A stretch of 64,000 nt of DNA from Octopus sinensis (GCF_006345805.1 NC_043014.1:35650001-35714000); one strand, 5' to 3'; counted from the first letter of the stretch, positions 13,349 to 26,440 are shown. The notes: generated by a model from the letters alone, not told the origin. Made by a program: numbers and translations.

Positions 13349-13660
13349 GAGGGCGCGTGGTTAGGGCATTCGGCTCATGATCGTAAGGTTGTGAGTTCGA
13401 TTCCCGGCGACGCGTTGTGTCCTTGAGCAAGACACTTTATTTCACGTTGCTCCAGTCCACTCAGCTGGCAAAAATGAGTTGTACTTGTATTTCAAAGGGT
13501 CAGCCTTGTCACTCTCTGTGTCACGTTGATTATCCACGAGAACTACGTTAAGGGTACACGTGTCTGTGGAATGCTCAGCCATTTGCACGTTAATTTCACG
13601 AGCAAGCTGTTCCGTTGATCGTATCAGCTGGGACCCTCGTCGTCGTAACCGGCGGAGTCT
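13349..13660 (+). mobile_element. SINE family C (tRNA-like head GGCGCGTGG..TTAGGG..GAGTTCGATTCCC)
   Basis: A/B box-like motifs; related heads at 39150, 56885 and 32980, and a related body at 46500-46640. Confidence 0.8.
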
Positions 13661-13937
13661 TTTTTAAATATGTATGTGATCGTGTGTGTATACATGCATA
13701 CATACATACGTACCTACATATACATATGTATGTATCTTGATTATTGCTTTTCACATGGATGAATATACTTTGTTCTTAACGAAAAAGTCAAGAAACCACC
13801 ACCATTTAGCTAGGAAGAAAGTGTAGTTTTTTTACACGTTTCGGGAAGAACGAAGGTTACAGACCTAAATATACCCGCAATTATGAAATCAAGCATTACA
13901 ATTTCCATAAGGTAAGGGGGCCATGTGTGTGTGTGTA

Positions 13938-13973
<36 letters not shown>

Positions 13974-14545
13974 GTGTGTGTGTGTGTGTGCTTGTGTTTG
14001 TATGATTATGAGAAGACACACTGCTGCTTACTTACCAACCATCCAATTTCTAAATTGAATATTTTATGTTTCCCTTAACATTCAAAGATTTCAAATACGC
14101 TTACATTCAGCCGTATCATTCTCGCCAAACCTCTGACACGTATACCAACACGCGGTTAACTTTGAAGAAAAAACAAAGTCTCCCACCAATATCATATTAT
14201 ATACAAAAATCATCTATAAGCTTTTCCCCAAAAAACCTAAAATACATGTGACACTCAGATAAAAGGATTATTAACGACATAAAAATACTTCAACATTCAG
14301 CTCTAAAAAAAAATATCCCACCCCAGACCTGTATGACGCATCGTTTATAATACACCGCTCTTTCTATATATATTTTTTCTTCTGCATATTTATCAGTTCC
14401 TAGTTTATATAAGAGAATTATAATTTAGTAATTTTACAAATAATTCTATAGTTGAAACTATAACATACTGTTCTTTCTCCCTTTCTTGCCGTCTTTTATT
14501 TTTTTCTCTGCGTGTATATATGTGTATGTATCTGTACGTATATGT

Positions 14546-14602
<57 letters not shown>

Positions 14603-14879
14603 TGTGTTTGTGTGTGTGTGTGTGAGTATGCAAGTGTTTGTGTATGCGTCACTATACACTGGATATTAAATTTGATTTTTTAAAAGGTTTTGATGCGGAA
14701 GGAAAAAATTATTCACATTGTCAAAGCATTATGTACAGTAAAAACAATACCTGACAAGAGAAAGAAAATGAAGTCAAGTGCTTAAGAAGTTACTCCGTTA
14801 GCTACTTGGGGCTTACTGTTTCATAAATCTATTGTGATACTTGAAATGGAACGGTATGGGTCGAGAATCAGACACGATG

Positions 14880-15774
14880 TATGGTGCTGATAAGCGCGAT
14901 GGTAATTAAATAAAAAAAAAATCCAAAAGTTTGCATGACGATTTCCAGGAAAAGTAAAGTGAAACTATTAAGAAGAAACATTTTCTGGGTAAGTAGAGGC
15001 TGGCTTGAAAGGTTTAAGAAGCGCTTGAATTTGCGCAACATAAAAATTTCATTATCTTACGCAACTGAAAAGTCAAATGAATGCCGAAGTTAGCAACACA
15101 TCAGATCGCGTACACAAACTTTACTTTTCTAAATACTAACACCTGCTAGAACTTTTATTTTTCGAGAAGAAAAATGAATAGCGGGACTTAAAGCCTCGAG
15201 AAACCAAATGACGCGTCTTCTGGAAGAAATGGCTGTTGGTGATATAAAATTAATGGTCCTACTCGTGTATCACTGCGAAATTTTATGGACAGTCTATGAT
15301 TATGCAAAGTTTGGTTTTCCTGGGATTGGTGTTCAGATAAAAATGCATAGAAGATCTAAGAACCTTTTCGAAAAGTTGCTTGCAAAAATTGTTTTCCCTG
15401 CTGTAGAAAGATACAATGGCAAACAGAATATTTCCTACAAAGTATTATACCTTTCAGAGAAATACCAAGCCATCCAGTGAACTTAAATGAGAGCTCACAT
15501 ATTGTGAGAGTAGAATAAAACTCCAGCCAATGGATTAAGTTATAATAGCTAACTTCAAGATAGATAACTTATCTGAGAACTTTAAAACAACTCATGAAAA
15601 CAATCGACAGGGCAGATAAACCTACTGTTGGAGACTTTTCGAAGAAGTTCAATAGAATAGATGGTGTGGATAACATAGCTGGGTTATGGGATGAAGTGAA
15701 ACCCTCAACTTTGTATAGTGTTAGGAAAAAATATATAGCCAGACTGTATCCGTAACTTTACTAGTTTTCCACTA
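14880..15774 (+). mobile_element. Tigger/pogo-like transposase relic, 5' part
   Basis: Translations SRGWLERFKKRLNLRNIKI and GLKASRNQMTRLL..GDIKLMVLLVYH..LFEKLL..FPAVERY..KVL match the pogo/CENP-B DDE_1 pattern; many stops. Confidence 0.85.
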
Positions 15775-17065
15775 CGAGGGGCGTTCAATAAGTAATGCCT
15801 CTGACCCACTTGCCGTTGATTGATCTAGCTGAGATTTTGCATGAGTAATTAGTTATATCTCTATAGATTAAGTGGCAAATTACAGCTCCGAACTAATAGT
15901 GGTTTCTGATTTATATGTGTTTGAAATGAGTCAAGTGGAAAAAGGAGACTGTTGAGTGTCGAGAAGTGATCCGGTTTTTGTATTTGAAATGACGCACACC
16001 ACAGGAGACTTTTGATGAAATGAAAATAACTTATGGTGATGATGCCCCATCATATGACCTTGTAAAACGCTGGCATCGTGAATTCAAACATGGTCGGAAC
16101 TCTGTGGAAACAGCTCCCAGATCTGGTCGCACCCCTTCTGCCATTGATGAGGCATCTGTCCGTCAAGTTGAGGCTGCCATTTTGGAAGATGGACGCATAA
16201 CTAATCGCCAAATAGCCCATGAGGTCAAGATTAGTACCGGGTCTGTGGAAACTATCATTCATGACCATTTGCATATGCAAAATGTGTCTGCCAGAGGGAT
16301 TCCCAGGTTGCTCACACTTTTCCTGAAGCAAGAACGCGTCGAGTGCTCGAGGATGAATTTAGGGATGTGCCAAGAAGATGAGTCAAAATTTTTCAAAAGA
16401 CTGATTACACAGGATGAGACCTGGGTCCCTAACCATGATCCAGAGACCAAAGCCCAGTCAATGCAGTGGAAGCACCATGACTCACCTCCTCCAAAGAAGG
16501 CAAGGGTGCAGCCCTCCGCTGGCAAGGTCATGCTCACAGTCTTCTGGGACCAGGACGGAGTAGTGATGACAGATTTCCTGGCAAAGGGTACCACAATTAC
16601 AGGAGCCTATCATGCTTCACTTTTGAGGAAATTAAGAGAAGCTATCAAAACCAAGAGGCGGGGCAAGATCAGCAAAGGCATCCTCCTCCTGCAGGACAAC
16701 GCTCCGGTCCACAACTCGCGTGTCGCCAGATCAGAAGCACAGGCGTACGGCTATGAACACTTCCCCCATCCCCCTACTCTCCTGACCTTGCACCCTCTGA
16801 TTTTCACCTCTTCCCAGCCATGAAGTTGTTTTTGAAAGGAAAGCGTTTCCCAGATGATGCAGCCTTGATTTCTGAAGTCACGTCGTGGTTGGCGGACCAA
16901 GCTGGGGTCTTCTATGAAAGCGGTCTCCAGAGCTGTATCAAACGATGGGAGAAATGCGTAACTCTTGGTTGTTCCTATGCTGAAAAAGAGTAATACCTGT
17001 GCCAAGTTTCGTTGCTCTACTGCTATGGGAAGTGGGTCAGGGGCATTACTTATTGAACGCCCTCG
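15775..17065 (+). mobile_element. Full-length defective mariner, copy 2, nested in the Tigger relic
   Basis: TIRs and TA TSD (15773-74, 17066-67); ORF 16020-16823 has HTH, QDETW and QDNAPVH, with a frameshift before YSPDLAPSD. Confidence 0.97.
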
Positions 17066-17560
17066 TAGCAGATAATCTCCATCAAATTCAGAGAGATATT
17101 CTGAAGGTTGTAAATCATTTATCGTTTGAAGAGGATGATGTGAATGAGTTGCTAGTGTACATACAGAAAATTTTATCTAATGAGGAGCTGATGCTGTTTG
17201 AACGAGAGCAATGTGAGAATACAGATGAAAATACGGAAATTTCACTATCTCTGAGTTGACTGCACAAAATATTGCTAAAAGGTTGACGTTTATAAAGGAA
17301 GGTTCACAGGTTTTTACTGATAATGATCGTAATCATGAACGTAACAAGAAAATTATAAAGGGGTTTACATTGAGCTCAGTTCCTACACTGAAATGCACAG
17401 AGATGACGTGCTATAAACATCAAAGAATTTTGAATAAGTTCTTCGCCTTTGTAGTTGATGTTGATGACGATAAATTACAAGTTAAAAGATAATTCCTCTG
17501 ATCCTCCCAGTAACAATCATTCCACCACCATCATCATTTACACAGTAGTCAACTTTTTTT
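17066..17560 (+). mobile_element. Tigger/pogo relic, 3' part
   Basis: Removing the mariner and one TA restores RNFTSFPLADNLHQIQRDIL..EEDDVNELL..LSNEELM..DRNHER, a Tigger-like C-terminus. Confidence 0.8.
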
Positions 17561-17720
17561 GTTGTAAGACCGTGCCCTATTGCAATATTACGATTTTTAT
17601 TTATTCCCTAACATATACGTATTCCCTAAGTACGTATAGTAGCAGTTATTCTCATATGTAAAAGCGGTTGCATTACTGGTTATTTGTTGCTGTTATTTCG
17701 ACAAAAAATCCTTAGCAAAT

Positions 17721-18378
17721 TTAGACAGGTCCATATATAAAGTATATTAATTATGATGGGGTAGCGCAAAACAGAGATAAGTTATACCGAAATGTTATCA
17801 ATCTGAATAAGCTTGAAGCACGTTCGAATTGGGAAAAAAGCTACTCATTGCATTTTGTCACGGAGAATATATCTCGCTTGTTACCAGCAAGCGAAATATA
17901 TTCTCCGTGACAAAACGCAATGAGTGGCTTGTTTCCCAGTTCGAACGTGCATCAAGCACCTTCGAACTGATAGGAACATTGCAAAGTATATCAAATACAT
18001 GAAATACAAAAGCTGTATATATGTTTCTACACAAAACGGTCCGACTTTCACAGAATAGAAATGATATCGAGAATAATTAAAGGGGTTGCAGAAAAGAACT
18101 ACAAATCCACCAGCTGTTTCTGGGGAATCGGATGAGATATACCTCCGTCTTCAGGGAAGAGATCTTCCCTCAAGACAGCGGCTCGTCTCATCCGACAAAT
18201 ATCATTTTGGACCACCGAGTCCCCCAAAACAGCTGGTAGATTTGTAATTCTTTTCTTCAGCCCCTTTAGTTCTCGATATCATTTCTATTCTGTGTAAGTT
18301 GGATCTCTTTGTATAGAAACATATCTCCATTTTTTGTATTTCGTGTATTTAATATACTTTATATATTGACCTGTCTAA
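17721..18378. repeat. Nested fold-back: large imperfect inverted repeat centred near 18165, with a 70-bp-stem hairpin (17811-17880/17888-17957) inserted in its left arm
   Basis: 17721-17750 pairs with 18349-18378; about 17993-18130 pairs with about 18215-18350; the insertion is flanked by aaagtatatYaa (17739-50, 17983-94). Confidence 0.85.
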
Positions 18379-18489
18379 CATGCTTATCCCTACATTTACT
18401 TCTATACCCGCTCAAGTGTAAATCTCTTGAGCACGACTAAGTGTATTCTATACAGAGAATATCTGATTTTCCTTTATGAACTATATTTA

Positions 18490-18655
<166 letters not shown>

Positions 18656-18664
18656 TCATCAATA

Positions 18665-19058
18665 GCAGGAGTGGCTGTGTGGTAAGTAGCTTGCTAACCA
18701 ACCACATGGTTCCGGGTTCAGTCCCACTGCGTGGCATCTTGGGCAAGTGTCTTCTGCTATAGCCCCGGGCCGACCAATGCCTTGTGAGTGGATTTGGTAG
18801 ACGGAAACTGAAAGAAGCCTGTCGTATATATGTATATGTGTGTGTGTTTGTGTGTCTGTGTTTGTCCCCCTAGCATTGCTTCACAACCGATGCTGGTGTG
18901 TTTACGTCCCCGTCACTTAGCGGTTCGGCAAAAGAGACCGATAGAATAAGTACTGGACTTACAAAGAATAAGTCCCGGGGTCGATTTGCTCGACTAAAAG
19001 GCGGTGCTCCAGCATGGCCGCAGTCAAATGACTGAAACAAGTAAAAAAGTAAAAAGAG
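18665..19058 (+). mobile_element. SINE family A, full length
   Basis: Very similar to 5193-5590. Confidence 0.92.
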
Positions 19059-19140
19059 TATATATATATATATGCATAAATACACGCACACAAATATGCG
19101 AACTATATATATATAGTTCATAGAGGAGAATCAGATATTC

Positions 19141-20130
19141 CATGTATCGCTGAACTCTGTATTGCTGGACACGCCGCAGAGGCAAGGGGTCGAGGCGCAA
19201 TATGTGCAACGTCTCAGGGAGGAAAATTCGGATGCACCACCCACATAGCTCTGCTGTCATCACCCGTACGAGTGCCGGTAGAGAAGGGAGTGAAGCAAGG
19301 AGTTGCGATCTCTTCAAAACATTTCACCGCATGTCTCGAGCAGATCATCAGAGACATCGACTGGCAAGGCGGTGCCAACATCAATGGCGAGCTACTCATC
19401 CACCTCCGTTTCGCTGATGACATCATAATCATCGCTGAAACCACGGATCATCTTCAGAACATCCTGACGGAGCTCGACATCAAAAACTCTGTAGTAGGTC
19501 TCAAGATGAACCGCATGAAAACGAAGTTCATGCGGTCCGACAACGTACTAACAGGTCGAATGGTGGTCGGCAGTGATGAAATAGAGGAGGTAAAGGAATA
19601 TGTCTACCTGGGACAAGTAGTGAATATGTGCCAGGACAACAAAAAGGAGATCTCGTGGAGAGTAAGAGCCGGATGGAAGGCAGTTAATGGCATAAGGAAT
19701 GTGCTCAAGGGAAGGTTGGACGGAACTACCCGCGCCAACCTCATCAATAGCACAGTTCTACCTGCAATGTTATATGGTAGTGAAACATGGGCTACAACAA
19801 AGAGAGAAAAGCAGAGATTGATAACAGCTCAAGGAGCCATGGAGAGGTCAATGATTGGAATCTCGTTGAGAGAGCATATAAGTAGCGAGGTCATCAGACA
19901 GACGTCCGGTGTGAGGGATGTCATCGTAGAATATATATGCAGCAAGTTTAGATGGGCTGGGTGCATCGCTCGGGTCACCGATAATCGGTGGACCCGCGCA
20001 GTTGTGGAGTGGCACCCGTGCAAGCGGAAACGACCACTCGGAAGGCCTCCACGACGGTGGACAGCGTGCTGTGACCAGCGGTGTCAAATGGACGCCCGAC
20101 GGACTGGTCGGTCAAGGTGATCAAGGTGAT
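19141..20130 (+). mobile_element. 5'-truncated RTE-clade LINE (RT domain + C-terminus)
   Basis: ORF 19272-20120: KGVKQG, LRFADD, EYVYLGQ, MLYGSETW, KFRWAG, KRPLGRPPRRW; the 3' end carries a tandem CAAGGTGAT x2. Confidence 0.92.
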
Positions 20131-20143
20131 ATATACATATACA

Positions 20144-20230
<87 letters not shown>

Positions 20231-20321
20231 AGGCACCAAAAGAGAATGAGTCTCCCCAGACACAACAATATACACACACACACACACATACATATAAATA
20301 TATATATATTCTTTTGTCTCT

Positions 20322-20725
20322 TGTTCTTTCATATGTTTCAACCCAAAGGCTATATCCATGCTGGAGCATCGCCACCATCTTTTCGATGGCCATTCTTATG
20401 CAATTGGCTTTTGATGAAGGAGGGGTTCGATGCCGTTGCCCTCTTTTGAGTTTCTTGCCGCAAGATAGGGTCATCCAGCATCTTAGGCAGCAGGCGGTCA
20501 AGTTGTTTCATGAAAACATCTACCCCTACTTCCATGAAAATCCCTCGGATGTGTTGGCAAGGCATTAAATAGATGTGGGCCCTTGAATCCCAGTCTACTG
20601 CAGCACATGGTCGTCACTCTAGACGGGATAGCTTAGGACCTTTGCAACAGTACAGTGACGTCGAATTCGGGGTCTGGTATAGGTCTTGATGCCAAAGTAT
20701 GGTGCCAACCCCTCTAGGATCTTCC
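20322..20725 (-). mobile_element. 3' end of a CR1/Jockey-group LINE
   Basis: Minus-strand translation ..PYFGIKTY..RRHC..KGP(RLFN)..VDVFMKQLDRLL..DDP; the 3' tail resembles the SINE A tail. Confidence 0.75.
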
Positions 20726-20809
20726 ACACTTATATAACGGCATTCCTCTTCCGTGTGTGTGTGTATGTATATATGTATGTATGTATGTGTATGTATGTAT
20801 GTATGTATA

Positions 20810-21030
20810 TGTTTGTGTGTCTGTGTTTGTCCCCCTCCCAACATCGCTTGACAATCGATGCTGGTGTGTTTACGTCTCTGTCGCTTAGTGGATCGGCAAG
20901 AGAGATCGATAGAATAAGTACTAGGCTCACAAAGAATAAGTCCTGGGGTCAATTTGCTCGACTAAAGGTGGTGCTCCAGCACGGCCGCAGTCAAATGACA
21001 GGAACAAATAAAAGAAAAAAGAAAAGAATA
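20810..21030 (+). mobile_element. SINE family A, 3' half
   Basis: Homology to the body and tail of family A. Confidence 0.85.
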
Positions 21031-21058
21031 TAAACACACCCACACACACATACATACA

Positions 21059-21094
<36 letters not shown>

Positions 21095-21309
21095 TATATA
21101 TAATATATACATACATATAAAAACACACATATACACACACATACTCACACAGATGCTTCCCAATTCCCTACTCACAATCTTTCCCTCTTTTTCTTTTCTA
21201 ACCTTTCATTACCTTGTATCTCTCTCTTTTTCTCTCTCCTACTATATCTCTTTTTCTCTCTCTGTCTGTTTCCTCTTTCATTCCCTCTTCTTTAACGATC
21301 ACTTTACGG

Positions 21310-21351
<42 letters not shown>

Positions 21352-21452
21352 AACTACTACTACTGCTGCTGCTACTACTACTACTACTACTAATAATAAT
21401 AATAATAATAATTATTATTATTATTATTATTATAATGATGATGATAATGATG

Positions 21453-21520
<68 letters not shown>

Positions 21521-21667
21521 CTTGCAACACGTAACTATGACGGCACTTCGAAGGGTTCCTTCAGTGACACTCGACCCTAATTAACACACATAAACGAGCA
21601 CCCCAACGACCCACCCACCAACCCATCCTCTAACCCATCCACTAGACTCATACAAACGAGCACATTA

Positions 21668-21712
<45 letters not shown>

Positions 21713-22173
21713 TCACAAGTGTACATATTTACTTACACGTCTAGCCGAGGTCAAACTCTTAAACTTGGTTTTTCTGTCAGCTTGATCTCTTAACCACCGA
21801 CACTCATCGGAATCTTTAGCGACACTTACCTCATATGTTGCCCTGTCTTTCCTCCTCTCCAATACCTACCATGCCTTCTGCCACCAGTTCGTCCTTTCGC
21901 TTAGTCAGTTGTTAATTAATTACTCAGATATGAGGTCACTATTCTGGACCTTCGTGATTCAGCCTGTAGACGTTGAAGATAGTAATGATGTTGATGATGA
22001 TGATGATAATGGTGGTTGCCGTTTTCGTGACCTGTTATAATAATAGCTTCCAACACAAATACACTGTACAGATATTAACTTATCCATGTCCTACTAGTCA
22101 TACATATACATTGATGTATGAGTACATGTCTATGTATGTATTCAAGTATTATGGTCTATATGCATTTAGACCA

Positions 22174-22253
<80 letters not shown>

Positions 22254-22254
22254 T

Positions 22255-22311
22255 ATGTTTGACTTTTGCTTTACATTTGCACAAGCTGGCTCCAAGTCTC
22301 ACCCAGAGACC
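22255..22311 (-). mobile_element. 57-bp extreme 3' end of the R4/Dong-like family seen at 6092-6552, embedded in (ATT)n
   Basis: Reverse complement GGTCTCTGGGTGAGACTTGGAGCC..GTAAAGCAAAAGTCAAACAT matches about 6503-6551. Confidence 0.85.
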
Positions 22312-22344
22312 TTATTATTATCATTATTATTATTATTATTATTA

Positions 22345-22394
<50 letters not shown>

Positions 22395-22399
22395 TTACA

Positions 22400-22934
22400 G
22401 AGTGAGAGCAGTGCATGCCATCAAAGTGACACTGGGATAAAATATACGAAGCCCTGTATACATGTCATAACTAACCATTTGATAAGGGTACACCAGTCAC
22501 ATGCATCACAACCATATGTGCGCGACATGGTGACCTCGTATAAAAAGCGCATGAAATTGCATGTGAGGCCCAGTTAGAATTTTCTTTTGGTCGAGTAACG
22601 CATCCCGCTCAAAAGGTCCCTGAATAAGGGTTGTTTAAGGATGTTGAACGAACACTCCTGTTTCCAGAGGTGAATTATCGAAACTCCAAAGAATTCCTAT
22701 CAATACATGGCTATGATACTTCCCACTACTTTTGCTTGTGATCAGAGATGCACATATAACCAGCCACTAAGATACATGCTCTACTGGTTAAGGCCAAACA
22801 AATGACAAGCGAATCTGTGGTATTCAGCAGAATATTTGCTGTAGCCATTTTTTTACACCAAGACAGAATATGTACATGATAACACTTCCAATTCGTTAAG
22901 ATGAGAAGCCATGAGAGCCAGTGTCTGGTACTGC
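22400..22934 (-). mobile_element. Third, more diverged copy of the 741-1303 repeat
   Basis: Colinear homology over the whole length; flanked by (ATT)n. Confidence 0.85.
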
Positions 22935-22954
22935 ATTATTATTATTATAATTAT

Positions 22955-23730
22955 TATTTTCATACACACTCAACAGATTAGTCTGTTGGAAAAGAAAATA
23001 ATCCAAACATCGGGCTACAGCAAGTAGCCTTAGATGCCAAGAATTCAGCTTCTATTACTCTGTCAGTCCCACAACATCTTGTATTTCTTACTTTCTAGTA
23101 CTTTACTAGGTTCATGTTCATGCCATTTATCAGTATGTTCAAATCCTAGTTTTCTACATAATTCCCAGTGGATTGTCGTGTCTTCTCTTGTATTCTTTCT
23201 GTGCCAGTAAGCTACATCTACTTACTATGTCAGTTACGCTTTCCTCTTTTGATTTGCATAATCTACATTAGGAATCTACTTGGTTTTTATCTATTTTGGC
23301 TTTTATCCAATTAGTCCTTAATGCTTGATCTTGTGCAGCTGCTAACAAACTTTCTGTCTCCCTTTTCAGCTTTCCTTTCCGCAATCATAACCAGGTCTCA
23401 CCACTATTTGCTGCAACTATCTTTGGAAATCTACCCTGCAATGCCTTCTCCTGCCAGTCAGATAATTTCTGTTCTTTTTCCTGGTTTTTAATTCGTCTGG
23501 GTTTTTGGTTTCCCTATGTCTTTCTGTAACTCTAGCAGCGCTTTTAATAAACTTTCTTCACTATTACCTACATAGGAGTCTATATCTACTCTAGCTAACT
23601 CCATACAGTCTTCCACTGGTATTAACTCTCTTCCACCTTCCTTTCTAGTTAGGTATAATCTTGCAACTCATGCCCTTGAGTGGAGTTCTCCATTCATATT
23701 GAATTCCCTTCTAGTTCTTCTGTCTAGCTT
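22955..23730 (-). mobile_element. R4/Dong-like LINE fragment (thumb, zinc knuckle, 3' UTR)
   Basis: Minus-strand translation RLYLTRKEGGRELI..LLAAAQDQALRTNWIKAKIDK..CRLCKSKEESV.DIVSRC..KEYKRRHD; ends in (AAT)n. Confidence 0.85.
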
Positions 23731-23734
23731 TGCT

Positions 23735-24010
23735 AATTCAGTTTTTGTCCAAAAAAGCATATGCTTTTATCTATATCTGCCTTAGGGTAGTGCATTCTAC
23801 GCATTGTCAGCAACTTTCGTATTTTTCTTTCAAGATCACATACTTCAGTAATTGACCAGTTAATGATATTGAAACTGTAAGTCAGGACTGGTATGGCTAA
23901 AGTACTCGTCTGAATTTTTTTGTTGACAGATATATCTTCGAGCATAGTTTTTTTTTTTGGTAGTGTTTTTAAACTTATGAATTGTTCACTCTGTATTAGT
24001 TCGAAAAATA
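23735..24010 (-). mobile_element. R4/Dong-like LINE fragment (post-RT region) from another copy
   Basis: ORF 23733-24107: LAIPVLTYSFNIINW..LERKIRKLLTMRRMHYPKADID. Confidence 0.8.
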
Positions 24011-24431
24011 AAAAAAAATTGTTTTGATATTTTTTGCTTCGTTTGTGAGACGTGCTTGCATTTGCATGTATGTCTATTCTGTAAATTTCACATAGTTGAG
24101 TAAACATTGTGATGTATGTATAGTCCTACGGGTATTAAAATGTATATATGATTGTATAGACATTCGAGTGTATGCGTAATTAATCAATTTACTTACTGTT
24201 TTGTTCCACTAATATTTTATAATTTGTAAACTTTCCGATGTTGATTTCGCATGTGTCTTTCGCACGTTTCGCTGAGACATCGTGCATGGGAGAAACTGTG
24301 CTTTGTATGGCAGTAAAATTGCGTTTTTGTGATTATTTTCGTTAAAAGGCCACTTCCGTCAAGTCTTCCACAGGTTCTTTCACCCTATTCCACCGATGTT
24401 ATAAGATTAGATTTTGTATGGAGAGCTCGGT

Positions 24432-24478
<47 letters not shown>

Positions 24479-24481
<3 letters not shown>

Positions 24482-24645
24482 TAGTTTTATTTTCATATCG
24501 TGCTTTCACTTCACTACCGAGCGCAGCTCTATGTGCCTTGGGTATGTGCTGTGGTTTGTTATGATGGTCTTATGGTTACTGTATTGAAAGTGTTTTGCAT
24601 AGGATGTATGCAGTGCCCAGTAGTGCAATTTTCTGTATGTTACAT
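24479..24645 (-). mobile_element. Short R4/Dong-like 3' end
   Basis: Minus-strand translation NIQKIALLGTAYILCKTLSIQ*, then a 3' UTR ending in (AAT)n. Confidence 0.8.
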
Positions 24646-24655
24646 ATATATATTT

Positions 24656-24737
<82 letters not shown>

Positions 24738-24789
24738 TATTATTATTATTATTATTATTATATTATTATTATTATCATTATTATCACGT

Positions 24790-26440
24790 AACTGTTCAAT
24801 ATTTGGTAGACTGAGGCAAATTTCTACTGCATCACCTGCTACACATCCATGTTGCTGGGATGTGTGCAGCATTGTGTATTCTTTCCTGATGTTGGGAATG
24901 TACGAACTCTTCCTGGTACTGTATTGTGTTTGTTTTATTTTCCTTGAGGTGTGGTGCTGTCTTTTGCTGTGTTACTGCTTGTATTGTGTGCTGAGTGTGT
25001 AATGCTTTGGTTTTCTGGTTTGCTGGGGTGAAAGTTTATTTCACATGGTAAATGCTGTATAGAGTGTGTCTTGTATATGTCGGTTGTTTTGTTTAGATTG
25101 ATAGTGGATTGAGAGTGTCTTGTATAGGATGTGGGATGTTCCTAGCAGGGCTATGTTTTTAAAAGTGTGTAGTGTTGAGGATTCAGGTATAGCTTCTACA
25201 TTTTTGTTCATATGATTTTTCCTCATGCACAATGCTCCAATTATTCTTGGTATTGTTTTTACGTTCATGCCTCACAGTTTGAATATTTCAATTTTGAGGG
25301 CTTTGTATTTTGACAATTTCTCCATTTCTTTTTTGATGATATTTTGATCAGAAGGGATTGCAGGTGTTTTTCCCCAGTCCTTGACTATTATGTCTGGGCG
25401 ATTAGCTTTTATTTCTTTGTCGGTTTGAACCGGCATATCCCAAATGATTGTGGCCTAGCCGCTGTCTTGTACGTTCTTGACACATGCTTATACCACCTGT
25501 TGTCAGTTTTGATGCTGTAATGTTGGCATATTGTCCAGTGGATATAACTGCTTACTTTCTTGTGTCTGTGTACATATTCTGACTTGGCAAGGACTAGGTA
25601 ACATGAGATGATGTGGTTAACTGTTTTATTGTGCTCGTTGCACATTCTACATTTGGTGTTGAGGTCGGTTTTCATTATTTTGTTTTTATAATAGTTTGTA
25701 GTCAGGCATTGGTTTTGTACAACGAGAATCGATCCTTCTGTTTCGGTTTTTAGTCCAGACTTGGGTAATTTTGAGTCATTGTTGGCTTTTACTTTGGTTC
25801 ACTTCTTATGTCAAACCTTGCAGGATATTGGCCATGAAGTGGTTTTTCTCTCCTTTTCTTCCTCAGTGTCTTTTGTAATTCAGTTTTCATGTTGCTTTTT
25901 TTTCTCTCTCTGACCATTTTTGCTATGTTTTCATCTGAGATCAGTGTGTCAGTGTAGTTTGTTTCTGTTTCGCATTTGTTTCGCCTCCCTCAGTATAGAG
26001 TAAAGCATTTCCTTTTTCTCGTCTTGTTTTACTACATGCAACACTCTCTTCTTAAGTACTTTGCTAGTCCAACTATTATTATTTTATAGTAGTTTTCTAT
26101 CTGTATCAGGCCACGGCCTCCTTCTGAGCAGGATATATATATTCTGTCTGCGTCTACTTTGGGGTGGTGACTTCAGTATGCTGTTGTAGTTTTCTGGCTT
26201 TTCTGTCTAGGTTTCTCAATTCACTGATCTCCCAGTTTATTATGTTTAGGCTGTAATTTATGACTGGTATGGCTAATGTGCTTATTCCTATTATCTAATT
26301 TTAGCATTAAGTTCAGTGTTTAATATTAGTCTAACTCTTCCTAATTTTCCCTTGCATTTCTGTGTTGTATTTTAGCTGTTTCGTCTATTCCTAGTTACCT
26401 TTGGTTCCAGCCTCATTAACACCATTATTTGATACATTTG
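24790..26440 (-). mobile_element. R4/Dong-like LINE, 3' ~1.6 kb, decayed
   Basis: LAIPVINYSLNIINW, EGGRGLIQIE, LHGQYP, CRMCNEHNKTVNHIISC, RPDIIVKD, KLSKYK, ALLGTSHILYKTLSI. Confidence 0.88.

Noticed and set aside
16020-16823. Active mariner transposase
   Set aside because: An in-frame stop upstream removes the N-terminus, and a frameshift moves YSPDLAPSD (the third catalytic D) out of frame.
24255-24290. Half hammerheads (GAAAC + short palindrome-like stem) here and at about 13830, 51000 and 51250
   Set aside because: Only the 3' half is present; no pairing 5' core found nearby, so not counted.
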